A stretch of 64,000 bases of DNA from Lama guanicoe (Eukaryota): contig MU054391.1 of assembly GCA_013239625.1 (NCBI GenBank), positions 6,965,824-7,029,823 of the forward strand. Direction: 5' to 3'. Under the pieces are notes generated by a model. The model was not told where the DNA came from, did not search any database, and saw only the letters and a program-made list of their open reading frames with translations. Of the stretch, positions 23,901-35,918 are shown piece by piece. The position numbers and the translations under genes were made by a program. Numbering within the stretch: the stretch's first letter is position 1; each line of letters starts with the position of its first letter.

Positions 23901-26900
23901 AGTGCTGCTATGAACATTATGGTGCTTGTATCTTTTTGAATGAGAGTTTTTGTCTTTTCAGGATATATATGCAGGGCTGGGCTTTAGTTCTTACTCTTTC
24001 AAAGTGTATCACCACTTCCTGCTTTGCATCTTCTAAGTTTTGTTGGCATATCTTGTCTGCTGTTGGTTTCTCTCCCCTCCATGTCTTTGTGTGTTTATAC
24101 CTATATATTCCTGTCATCTTAGCGTGGTTTTGGAGGGAGCAGAGATACTGTGTGTACTCCATCTGTCCTGTTTCCCCAGAAGCCTATTTTCCTTCCTTTG
24201 TCCGCACTGGTAATTTTCCTTGATCTTCCTTAAAGTTTCTGTCCTGCACTTAGTCTCATTGAACTTCAAATCGACCTAGAGATTACGTCTCTTTCTTGAC
24301 AAGTCCTCTAAAGGAAACAGCTTGATTTATGGGTGCCGAGGGAAGAGAATGGCTTGGGCTAGGTGTCTCAGCCATCACAAGCATGCTGAGATAGCCCACC
24401 TTGGTCTGCAGGCTCACCTGGGGTCAGTCAGCTTTGTCTGGTCAAGTTCATACGCATTTGTAAGGTTAGATGGGCCTGTGGAAGTAAAGTACTAATTCTG
24501 GAATTTGAGCTGACATGGAGCTATATTTGAGGTTGATTTGTGGGAACAGACTCACATCTGATTATCTTCTTTGAAGCTCACTAGCCATCTGACTGGTTTC
24601 CAAGCAATTTTTTGTGCTTCACTCTTAGAAACAGGCCAATTGAAAGTGTCCACCTGGCCTCTTGCCTCCAAGTTTTTCCCCCAGTTTTATTCCAAACATT
24701 TCTGTCTGACTGGCCTGCTTAAAACATCACCTTTATCACCACAAATCCCTAGCTCTGAAGCTTCAGGGCTGTTGTCTACTAAACAGTGACTAATTTGTAC
24801 CCTCAGTTTCAATTTTACTCCATCTTCACTGCTCATCAAACTTGTTTTCTTCTCTAGAGCACGTGTGTATCCGTGGAGCTGTCATGCCTTTATACCCTCT
24901 CATTTCTTTCTCAAATCCTATTCCCAATTTTTGGCCCAAAATATCCTGTACTTTCTTTTCAGCCCACTTTGAGTACCAGCTTCTTTTGACTCCCCAGGTT
25001 CTTACTAATTCCCCCAGCATCTCCTGCCCCTACCTTACGTTGTAACATTTAGGGAACATAGCACTTTTTTGTCATATATGATCTGAAATTCTTATCTTTT
25101 CACATGAATGTTCCGGTTTAGCTAGAAATTATTGATCATACACTGACCACCAGGTGCTATGCTAGGCACCTTGACACACTCTGTCTCTTACTTTCCATCA
25201 TGAGCAGTCTGGCCTTCAAAGTGCCCATTTTACAGATGAGAATGCCGAGGCCCCGTGAGTCACACATGCTCTCTCCTGTCTACGACACCAGGCTCTTGTG
25301 CATGAAGGTGAAGGCTGTGGTTTGACTATTGTAGGCAGAAGGGAAGGAGGTGTTAGGAAGTGAAAAGAGTCCCCTCAGCGTGCAGACTTGAGGAGCTGCA
25401 GCGGGAGTCAAGCAGAGAGGCAGTGCACCGGGCCAGCGTGGTCAGAGCCCAGCGCTGGGAGGCCTGTCACACATGTTGCCTTGGCTCCACTAGGCATTGG
25501 AAGGGTCAGGCTTTTGTGTTTGACCCTGAGTTAGGCTCTCCTCTCTCCAATTCTTTAGATCCGCATCTGACAGCTGTGGGATCCTAACACGGCAAGGAGC
25601 CCCTGCCGGGCCTGGATCTCAGCCTGCTCTGCCCTCTGATCCCAAATCCTCCTCACCTGGCAGGCGGGTGGTCTTGTCTGCAGGAAGGAGCACTGCCGTG
25701 TGCAGGTTGGAATTTCCCACACTGCCGGCTTGTGGTCCAGCGGAACTAACAAAAAGGGCCACAACATTATCCCATGGTTCTCAGCACTGTTGCCCCATCC
25801 TCAGTTTCCAGCATTTCCTTATGATTTCAAATGCATCATTAGTTCGAGAGGGAGGTAGTTTTCTCTCTCACTATTTGCTTATTAAAGCTTGGATGTTTGC
25901 TTAGGGTTGTAAAATCACATTTCCTTTTTTTGAGTGTGAACACTCTTCTGTGCCGTTGTCCCTTTTGTGTTTCTCCCGCCCTCCTTCCTTTTCTCTTTCC
26001 CTCCCCTCCCCTCCCTTCCTCCCCACAACTCCCAATTCTTTCAACAAGAGTTCTTTCAGGTTACTTATCCTGTCCAGTACTTGACTTCTCCATCTTCATG
26101 ATGATATCCTACGTGGCTGCTAAGTGTGTTAAGCAAGGGAGTGTGCCTGGCACACGGGAGCTGGAAGCTGTTCATTTTCTTTCTTCCTCTTTATCACTCT
26201 GTCGGCCTCAGGCATTGATCTGCCTTAACTGGTGGAGTCCTGTGGGCTCAGGGTGCCAGTCAGCTGCCGGTGAGCTGAACAGGACCTTGGGAAGGAGGGT
26301 CTGGGTGCCCTGAGCAAGCATTTTTTTTTTCCATCCAGTCATCAAGTCATGATTCTTCAGGGGCCCCAAGTGAAAGGAGCTGGGCTTCAAGCTTCTTTCT
26401 GAGTGCGCTAAGCTCTTCAAAGATCTATAGAAATCGGAGGCATTTGTGATGTTTATTAATTGGCGGCAGCTTTACATGGACCACCCTGGACTGAAACTCA
26501 TGCAAGGGTCCCCAGATGTGGCCGGGAATCCCTCTTTTGCGTACTGAGGTAGGCAGCGGGTCAAGAAAAAAGGCAGCCGAGCGGGTCCTGGAGCCTCTTC
26601 TGACTCCGGCTGGGGCTGTTAGGTGGCTCCAGCCGCTGACCTCTCCCTTTCAGGAGCTCTTTCTTTTTGTTGGGGCTAATTCCTGGAGCAATCCACCCAA
26701 GAGCTCATCTCCCCAGGCTGCAGCCAAGGCTGACCCAGGGGGCCCTGTGGTCAGGAATTACTGCCACGAGCAGGAAGCGTTCAATGTTTTCCGTTTACTT
26801 CCAGTTGGAGGGAGGAAGGCTGGGCCTTCCTTACGAAAGAGGCAGAAAATCAGCGGAACGACACCAGCCCGTGTTCCCTTCAGGAGGGAAACCAGAGTTC

Positions 26901-27129
26901 CGTAGGGCACCAGTGGCCCCATCTTGAAATTGCCGCACCACCTCCAGGATAAGGACGAGGGGACTTTCTTACGTGCGTCTGAAATCAAAGTGATGTGTGA
27001 GGCGGTGCCTGGCATGTGAAGTCAGTCTCACAGCTGGTGAGACAGTAATGAAGCAGGAAGCTACTGCCCTGTGATCGGGTCAGGGTTGGCATCCTGTGCT
27101 ATTTTTTAAGTCAGATGCTACTTTGAAAA

Positions 27130-28430
27130 CCAGCAGTGGAGGAGACACAAAATACTTGAGGATACAGAAGAATTGAATAATCTACTTCCGTCCCTGGAAG
27201 ACAGTTTATTCATCTCTTTTCCCGTATGATAGCATATTTGTAAAAATCCATCAGGTCAAAGAGGAACACTTACCAAATTTTGAAAGGAGAGTGTTTCAAG
27301 GCTGCAGTCTTGATTATCCAATAAAACTATCCATAAAAATTAGAAGTAATATGAGCTGACCCCTTTTCCCCCCAAATTTTAACTATTTAGAAATGAAAGA
27401 TACCTTCCTGGATAATTATTAGATCAAAAAGGGACTCAAAAGGGAGATCATAAATTGTCTAAAAAGAAATGAAAAGGAGTACACATTACAGTAAACCTAA
27501 GTGCCACAGCACGGGAGGCACCCAGAGGAAATGTGTGCCTTAAATATCTTTATTACTAAAGCAATAAATGGAAAATAAAGATGATAAAGCCGTCATCTTA
27601 AGAAGTTTGATAAAAGTACAACCAATTAAACCAAAAGAAAATAGAAAGAGTGAAATATAAACAAAAAACTAAATGAAATAGAAAATAAACAGAAAACATT
27701 AGGAAGGAATATAAATTTAAATGCCAGTTCTTGGGAAGGACTAAGTATAGAGATTTAACTGAGCAAGTATCTGAATTTTCACTCGACAGATTGTGATGCA
27801 GCCATTGAAATGGTTCTGACAGCATTTGGGAGAAGATTGGGTCAAATGTTTTTGTCAAGTGAAAAGAGCAGAATCAAAAATTGTATCATAGAGTGATTAT
27901 AACCAGGTGGGTGCAGTCTCCCATCTCCCTTCTGTCCCCAAGTTCAGAAGAGTCTGGAAAGAATACATCAAAGTATCACGGGAAGTACTGACACGTGCTC
28001 AGCACAGAGGAACCGTGGAAACGTGATGCTGACGGAAGGCAGCCGTCACAAAAGAGCACATACTGTATGATTCCATCATTATGTGTCTAGGGACATAAAG
28101 TCAGTTAGCAGCGGCTGGAAGACTCGGGTCTTGAGGGCTGATGGCTGAAGGATACAAGGTTCCTTTTCGGGTGATGAAAATGTTCTAAAATCAACTGTGC
28201 AATGGTTGCACCACAGTGTGAATATGCTAAAAAAAATCATTGAATTGTACCCTTTAAGTGGGTGAATGGGATGGTATGTGAATTAAATCTTAAGCTACCA
28301 CCAAAAAAAAAAAAATCACAGTGGTTATCTCGGGTGGTGTACATAGTGATTCTCCTCCTGTTTTTCCACCCTCTTCTGCAATGTCCAGATTTCCAGAAGT
28401 AATTCTGCATTACTTGTACAAAGGAAACAG
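27130..28430 (+). mobile_element. Ancient LINE-1 (L1M) fragments
   Basis: A-rich decayed ORF2-like segment plus an L1M 3' end (ggtgatgaaaatgttctaaaa...gtatgtgaattaaatct); boundaries approximate. Confidence 0.65.
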
Positions 28431-29010
28431 AATAAACTAAAACAGACTTTAACGGGGGAAGGTTCATAATTGGCCTTTTAGCAGAAAAGGCGGTGTTGGG
28501 AAATCTGCCAGCCTTCCTCCTGAGAAGGTGAGGGGAGGCCGAGTCCTGTATCCTGAAGTCTGGGGACTGGTTGTCACGGATCGTTGCCTTGTCACACACT
28601 TAAAGTGGTTCAGGGCTGTTCTTCTGCGGGTCAAGGAAAAGAAAGCATCGTTGGTCTGGGGTCTCAAAAGCAGGATCACCTCGAAGGGAAAAGCTGGGGG
28701 CGGGGGTGTGTGTGTGTGAAACCTGCGGATGACGAAGGGCCAATTTTGAGTGAAGCATCCTTAGAGGTGCTGACTCCACTCTGAGTGCTGAATTAGAGAA
28801 AGCTGTTACTTATATAACTTCCTGTAATTGCCCGGCAGTAGCTGCAGCTGAGAGCCGCCCTCTCCTTCTCTGGGCTGAGCTGGGGACACACGGCCCTCCC
28901 CTCCTGGCAGAAGGGCTACTTTCTACCTGGGGGCTTCGTGCTCGGGTCACGCTTCTTAACCGAAACTGAAATGTCGTTTTAAACAGAAGGCTCCTTCTTC
29001 TCTTCTGGAG

Positions 29011-29167
29011 ATGGGGAACTCTTACGCTGGACAGCTGAAGACGACGCGGTTTGAAGAGGTCTTGCACAACTCCATCGAGGCCTCCCTGCGCTCCAACAGC
29101 CTGGTGCCCAGGCCCGTCTTCTCCCAGTTGTACCTGGAAGCGGAGCAGCAGCTCTCTGCTCTGGAAG
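29011..29167 (+). CDS. GREB1: GREB1 coding exon 1 ([10 protein letters not shown]...QLSALE)
   Basis: gagATGg start; 157 nt; donor AAG|GTAGGA; phase 1. The 5' UTR part probably begins at the CAG/TAG acceptor near 28839. Confidence 0.97.
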
Positions 29168-29423
29168 GTAGGAGAAGCCTTTAAACGAAAAGACTGAGCG
29201 GTAATGTTAGCAATGGAAACTCTTTCCTCTTCTGCTCCGTGTAGAAACTATTGAGTCTAGCAGGACAGAACTCTTAGAAAGTTGCACATGCATTCCTTCT
29301 TGGCTTAAACTGAAATAAGTTTCAGCCATAAAGTTGCAAGGAATAAAATTATCCACTGAATTAATCAGAGAAAGAAAGAGGGCTGTGTTAGACTGTTCTG
29401 AATTGGTTGTTACTTATACTCTT

Positions 29424-29575
29424 GTTGGTTTTGTTTTTTGTTTTTGTTTGGCATGGGGAGGTAATTAGGTTTTTATTTAATCTATTTATTTTAATGGAGG
29501 TGCTGAGGATGGAACCCAGGTCCTCATGCATGCTAGCTAAGCACGTGCTCTACCACTGAATTATAACCTCCCCCC
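29424..29575 (-). mobile_element. tRNA-derived SINE (camelid vic-1-like)
   Basis: Reverse tRNA-like head with A/B boxes; perfect 12-bp TSD ACTTATACTCTT at 29412-29423 / 29576-29587. Confidence 0.88.
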
Positions 29576-32500
29576 ACTTATACTCTTATTAAAAGGTTTG
29601 ATGGTCTCACTTGCTGGATGAATAAGACATTTTAACATGCCTTTGACCCTCAGTTATATTTTTTTCTCTTTGTGATTTGTGGCCATATCTTTGCAAAGTC
29701 GTACAGGTAGTTTTTTGTTGTGGTAGAAATTACAAGAGCCCTCTGGAAACTTTTAAAAACCAAGAGCAAACCCTGATGTATTTAACATGTGCTGGAAGTA
29801 AATATCTTCAGGTGTGGGGATAACTTTAGGGTTTACTTACTTATCCAGAGAAAAAGCTGATTGTGTTTTTTCAATCTTGAGCTTGTATTTTTTGCAGTCA
29901 TGTATTTTCATGTCAAAAGTAATCCACAGCAATCCAAAGTATGAGAGTCATTGCTAAGGAAGTTCTTTTTGTCAGTTTGTTTCTCACTTGAAGTTACCTG
30001 CAGACTTCACTTAAGTTTTGAAGGAAAAGAGGACTGTGGTTTAAAATAAAAATTAGCTAATTAATAAAGCATACCGCATGTCAGGTCCTGTATCAGGGTG
30101 GCTGTGATGTGAATGTGTGTGCGTGGGGTGGGTGTGGGGATGGTGGGCTGGGGATGGCTGCACTTCAAGGAAAATGAAGCACAGAGGTACGTGTGTGATA
30201 TGTGACAGTTCCTTATTCTAGTGGGGAGGCATTCCTTGTGTCTATCTTTAAAACGTCCTTACAAAGTTAGCCTTGCAAGCAGCAACAGTTAAGGACCTAA
30301 AAGAACTGGATCTGGGTCTGAGAGAAACAAGGATGTGGTCAAAAGCACAAATTAGGAAAACCAGGAATTCTCTGGTATTCACATCGGAGGTACCAATGTT
30401 TTCTGGCATAGGAAGAATTACTCTGACATCGGGGGAGTTTGAGAAATAACTGGGGGATATTTTATAGACTGTGTTTTTGGCTCGCTGATAGACTTCTGTG
30501 AAATATGTATTAAATGGTCATCCCTAACTTTGTACACTATCGAAGGACTTTTTGCTAATGATGAACTAACAGTGGTGATAAGGATAAGTAATTTAGTACC
30601 TTTGAATGGCACCTTAAAATCTACGAAGGGCTTTTATCTGCACCAGCCAGAGTGACTGAATCCTGTGATTTGGGAAGATGGAAAATGGGTTTGAAGTTTA
30701 AGGATGTTCCTTAGGGGAGAGGCGGGGAGAAAGCCCTGGGAGGTTCCCAATCAGCTTTTCCTCCTGTCTAAGCTCTACATAGACGACCTTCCCTGGCCTC
30801 TAAACCGGAGGCTGCATCCAAACATTCTGACTTCTCTGGATGCCAATGCCGATGCCCTCATCTGCCGGCAGGGCACATGGAGCTTTCCAGGGACGGCTTG
30901 GAGGCTGGCGCGGCCTGTGCCTCCAGTGATGAGTGCGGAAGGCTCCTGGCCAGCTGTCGGGGGCTTGTTCAGCCCTTGTGTTGGTATGAAAACCAGGGCA
31001 GGCCCTCTCTATGATCTTCCCATTTGTCTGGCAAACAGAATAGAGAAATCCCCTGCAATTTTGTGTCTCTAGTGCAGGGAGGAGGGTGGAGGAGGAAAGG
31101 GGGAGACTGGTTGATTTGCTGAATGTCACCATCAGCCGAGCACTCGACTTGAGCCCTGGTTTCGGCATCGTAAAGCCGGGCGCAGAGGGCTTGTTTTGTC
31201 TGCCTGTGTCTCTGTCAGGGTCTCTTATCTTATTGCTGTCCTTCCTCAGCCGATAACATTAGGAATGAGTTTTATGACCAGGGTGCTGGGATGCCGAACA
31301 TCCCTTGATCTGTTAACATTTCCCGTATTTGCAAGGGTGATTCAGTGGGGTCTTATTACTTTGTTCTCGGAGTTAGGGGCTTTACCCTCTCCTTCTAGGG
31401 GAAAAACCTTGTACGTGTTATGTTATTGTTTTAAAGGGAGGTCAACCAAACAAAGCAAACACAACCCCAGCATTTCTAGATAAGTATTTATTAATTAAAC
31501 AGGATGCAGATAAATTCCTGTAATCCCACCCAGAGTATCATACATTCTTCTCATGGAAAGAAAACAAAATTCACTCTAAATGTTAAAACAAGTTCCCTCA
31601 TAGTCCGTGGAGTGAATCTCTCAATTCCTGTGGTTTAGTTTTAAGGGCCTGAGCTTCCAATGCAGTTGGTTTTTTCTAAAGCCATATGAACGCTCTCATC
31701 CTGCCAGGAGACCTTGGTAAACAGGCTGGTTTAGTCTGAGAGGAAAAGTCTCATGCTTGGTGCTGGCTGACTGATTCCATCAAAGGCCCTGGAATGTCTG
31801 ATGCAGACCTTTGACCTTTAATCCTGCTTTCTTAGCAACTGGATTTTGAGCCCTTTCTTTGACTTTTGGAGGCTTAAGACCCTCCTCTTTCATTCAGTCT
31901 GAGAGTCTGAATTCCTGTTCGCTTTGGTTTAACAGAATAATGTGCTGACATTCCCATGTGAGCCCTCAGGGCTTTCTCTCTCCCCTTTTCATTCTAATTC
32001 TCTGTGCTTTGCCAGCCCCTCCGAGCCCCTGAAGGTCAGTCCCTGGCTCACAGACTAATCTTGATTTAGCCTCCGAGCCTTCTAAGCCACCCACTCCCTA
32101 GGGGCTAAAGGACAATTTGAGCCCCGGTGGGGACCTGAGCCTGCGCCTGGGGTCTGGGTGTGACTCCATACCTTCTGCTAAAACCACCTGGCGCCTGCAG
32201 TTAAGGGCAGGAAGGAAGCGCCTGAAGGAGGCTCTGGAGTTCATCGCTTCAACCCCCTTTGTGTTCTTCCTGGGTAATCTTTTTACAGTCTCCCTGCCAC
32301 CTCTGTGTCCTCTAGTCCCAGAGGGATGGCGACACTAGGAATTCTTGCTCACTTCCTGCTGTGACCTTCCCAAGGTCATGGGCCTGGGCTGGCCTGAAGT
32401 GTTCAGTTTCTTCTTTGTCTTGGCCCACCAGCACTTTTAAAATGGTGGCCACAGCAAGGTTCTGTTCCTGGTACCCTGTACCGATTAAATCACCTTGGGA

Positions 32501-34014
32501 ATATTCTGTGCAACTCTGAGGGCCATGCCTCCCGACATAGACTGTCACAGCTCAAAGTGACTTTATATAGCCCCCTCATTTTAAAGATGCAGGATCTGAC
32601 GCACAGAGAGGTTGAGTAGCTTTCCCATGGCCACACAGACAACAACAGACCCAAGTACTAAAATGTGAGTTCCCAGAGCTGAGCTCTTCCTGCTGCACAG
32701 GATTTCATCATTAACCTAAAACCCCTTAACCCACTGGTTGGATGGAGGGTGTGAGAGTCCGGGAAGATGAGAGTAGAAGAAATGGCAGCAAGGAGACCAG
32801 CCCTAAAGAAGGAGACAGAGAAACAAAACAGGAGGAAGCAACTGTCTCCTGGCCTAGCGCAGTGAAGGATGCTCCGGGCGGTCCTATTACATGAAGATGC
32901 TGTTTATTAAATGGCATCTAAAGATAGACACGTTGAGAAAGATTTCTACCCAAAGTGTTAAAAGAAGTCGGAAGGACTCCCCTGTACTCCACAGCCTTGA
33001 AAACTCATTGCTGTGGGGCCCTCTTTCTCTAGCAGCACTGGGTGAATAAGGTATAACTGTGTGCTTGCACAGGTTGGGCGGTATTTTTCCGAGCACCATC
33101 TCTGGGTGTGGTACCGCCAGGTGCCTCGATCACAGATATGATGAGGCGCAGGGGCCCTGCTCTCGAGGGCCTGAGAGCCCTTGGGGAAGGCAAGCTCTTT
33201 CACTGCTGAGATGGAGCAGTGAGATTTCCATGGTCAATTCCTGGCTCTCCTGGCCGATTCCACATTTCTCATTACTCCTAAAATACTATTTCACTTTAAA
33301 AAGTTTCTGAAAGTCATAAAGTCACATGGGAGGGCCCCTGGCCCTGTTCTGGAATGGCCCTTTTTCTGAGTGTGACAAATTCAGGTGTGTTTGTATTTCT
33401 AGTAATGGATACCATCCATTTTCCCCTTGGGGAAAAATCATGGTGTAGAGTTGAACCCCTCTCTTTTTCTGTGTAAAGACAGCTCACACTGTATTTTGTG
33501 TTCTGTTATGCAGTTAGTGGCAAGAACAGCAGCTCGGAATTCATACATGACTGGGAGCATGCTGGCTGTGCTGCTTAGCGGATTGTTGAAGGGCTGTGCG
33601 CCAATCACTGGGTCTCTCTGAACCTCAGTTTCCTTACCTGTAAAATGGGCCACATGCGACACTGTGTTACCTTCCCACACAGATATTCTTGGAGTGCCTA
33701 TTGTGTACAAACTTGATGCTCTTGTCAACAACTGTATGAGGACTGGACCCTGCTGCTTGTGTGGATGTGTGCAGTGGTGGTGGATGGGAAGGGAAGTGGA
33801 CCTGGATTTGAAGTCCCAAGGCCAGGCTTGGAGCTGGAGTCTGTGACCTTGGGAAAGATGTCCAGCTGGAGTGAGCCTCCGCTTTCATCCCGGGGGAAAA
33901 GAAGGGTGATGATGCCCGGCTCACAGTGTGTTTGTGAGGACTGGTTAATCACTAACTAGCCGAGACTTGCTGCTTGCTTACTTCTGCCTTTCTCATTGCG
34001 CCCCTCCCCGCCAG

Positions 34015-34134
34015 GTGGTAGCCGAGTGGACAATGAGGAAGAGGAAGAGGAGGGAGAAGGGGGATCGGAGCAGAACTGTCCCCCGACTCTCTACCAGATG
34101 CACCCCCCGCCCGAAGGATGCTGCATCACAGATG
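34015..34134 (+). CDS. GREB1: GREB1 coding exon 2 (GGSRVDNEEEEEEGEGG...CCITD), acidic tract
   Basis: Acceptor ccgccag; 120 nt; donor ATG|GTGAGA. Confidence 0.96.
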
Positions 34135-34904
34135 GTGAGATGCCAGCTGGGCTGTGTTCCACGGGGACCCCTCACCCGTCTTGTGCCCTGGAGGTGTGAC
34201 CTGGGCCCACACCTCCAGCAGGTCGTGGCCAGGCATGTCCATCGGTCCCTGCAGCGTTGGCTACATCGTGCGTGGGGCTTTGTCAGGCCTGCAGTCCTCA
34301 GTCCCTCTTTGGACACCCTCAGTGTTACAAATGGATTCAGATCCAAAGTTTATTTTCCTACATTGACTGTTTGAAAACTAGAACATCCCAACTCAGTGGG
34401 GCTTGCACTGTGTATTAACTCAGAACTGATGAGCAGGAGTAACTGTTCAAGTCTGTTGGTCCTTTGCTGCTGAAAAGGCAGGTCTACCTTATCTCCAAGC
34501 CTCCATTTCCATGACTTCAAATCGGGGGCAGGAACACTCCCCCCTGGGTGATCAAATGAGAGCCTTGCTGGCTGTATCCGACCGAGCGCAGCACACAGTG
34601 GGCACGGCCTCCTGCCCTGCAGGGTTCCCTTGTCCTGCCTGGGCCCAGGGGGCAGATGGGAGAACTCGGAGCCAGTGCATTGTGAATGGTAAAGCAGGCA
34701 GACGGGAGGAGATTCTTCCTAAAGTGCCTAAGAGTTTTGCAGGGAAGGCCCTGGGATCATCAGGGTTCGTCCTGCTCGTCCCTGTAGGTAATTAAAGATG
34801 GGCAAGCACAACGGATCGGGCCGAGTGGGCCTTCAGGCCCCAGGAAGGACCCGTCCAAGGAAACCTCAGCTGTTTCCCTCGTCTCCCTTTTCCCCAGACA
34901 CTTA

Positions 34905-35222
34905 CTTTTTTTTAACTGCAGTGCAGTCAGTTTACAATGTTGTGCTGACTTCTGGTGTGCAGCTTAGTGACGCAGTCATACACGTATGTATGTTCCTTTT
35001 CACATTCTTTTTCATTATAGGCTATTACGAGATAGTGGATAAGACTCCCTGTGCTACACAGTAGGTCCTTGTCGTTGATCTGTTTTATATGTAGTAGTGT
35101 GTATCTGCAGATCTCGAACTCCCGATGTATCCCTCCACCCTTCCTCTTTTAACCTGGTAACCGTAAGTTTGTTTCCTATGCCTGTGAGTCTGTTTTTGTT
35201 GTGTGAACAAGTCCATTTGTTG
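34905..35222 (-). mobile_element. Short LINE-1 3' UTR insertion
   Basis: Homologous to the tail of the L1 at 3347; TSD GACACTTA at 34897-34904 / 35223-35230. Confidence 0.85.
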
Positions 35223-35741
35223 GACACTTAATTTTTAAATAAGAAACACATTTAAAATCCCTAAAACACAGAAAGTGCAAGAGTCCAGAGCGAAAGCTTC
35301 CCCGTGCTAATGAGCCTCTTCCAAGGCCACCGGTGTTACCAGGTCCTCAGTCCGTACTCGTGACACGAGCCTGTGCCTTGCACACGTAAAATACAGGGTG
35401 TAAAAGACATCAGATTACTCACCATTTCCTATGGTTTATCTTGTATACATTTTAATTCACCATCATTTGTCTACATTTTTACCCCGCGTGTCTGGTAGTG
35501 GATATTCTATGGTGACACCGGTAGGCCTACAAACAGCGCATGGTGAAGGGTTCTGAATGGCAATGGCTATGATCATTTTACCTCTCAGGATAAGGCTTAA
35601 ATAATTTATAATTTGCTTCTCACTCAACCACGTCCAGAGGTAAGGGGGAGATCCGGACACTCTCACCCTCCGCCTGAGGGGAGCCGGGTCCTGGGGCGGC
35701 CGCTGGCCGGGCGGCACGTGAGCCCTGGGCGTCCCTCCTAG

Positions 35742-35918
35742 GGTTCTGCCAGGCAGGAAGGGACCTGCGTCTCGTCTCCATCTCCAACGAGCCCATCGAC
35801 GTCCCTGCGGGCTTCCTCCTCGTGGGGGCCAAGTCCCCCAGCCTGCCCGGCCACCTCCTGGTGTGTGCCGTCGACAAGAGGTTCTTGCCGGATGACAGTG
35901 GGCACAACGCGCTTCTCG
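35742..35918 (+). CDS. GREB1: GREB1 coding exon 3 ([13 protein letters not shown]...GHNALL)
   Basis: Acceptor ctcctag; 177 nt; donor TCG|GTAAGT. Confidence 0.96.

Noticed and set aside
1..28800. A separate protein-coding gene upstream of GREB1
   Set aside because: No consistent exon chain or recognisable protein; the ORFs are short, overlap in all frames, and mostly derive from repeats or chance.
32362..32378. Everted half-sites TGACCT-N5-AGGTCA
   Set aside because: Resembles decayed MIR core text; no supporting context.
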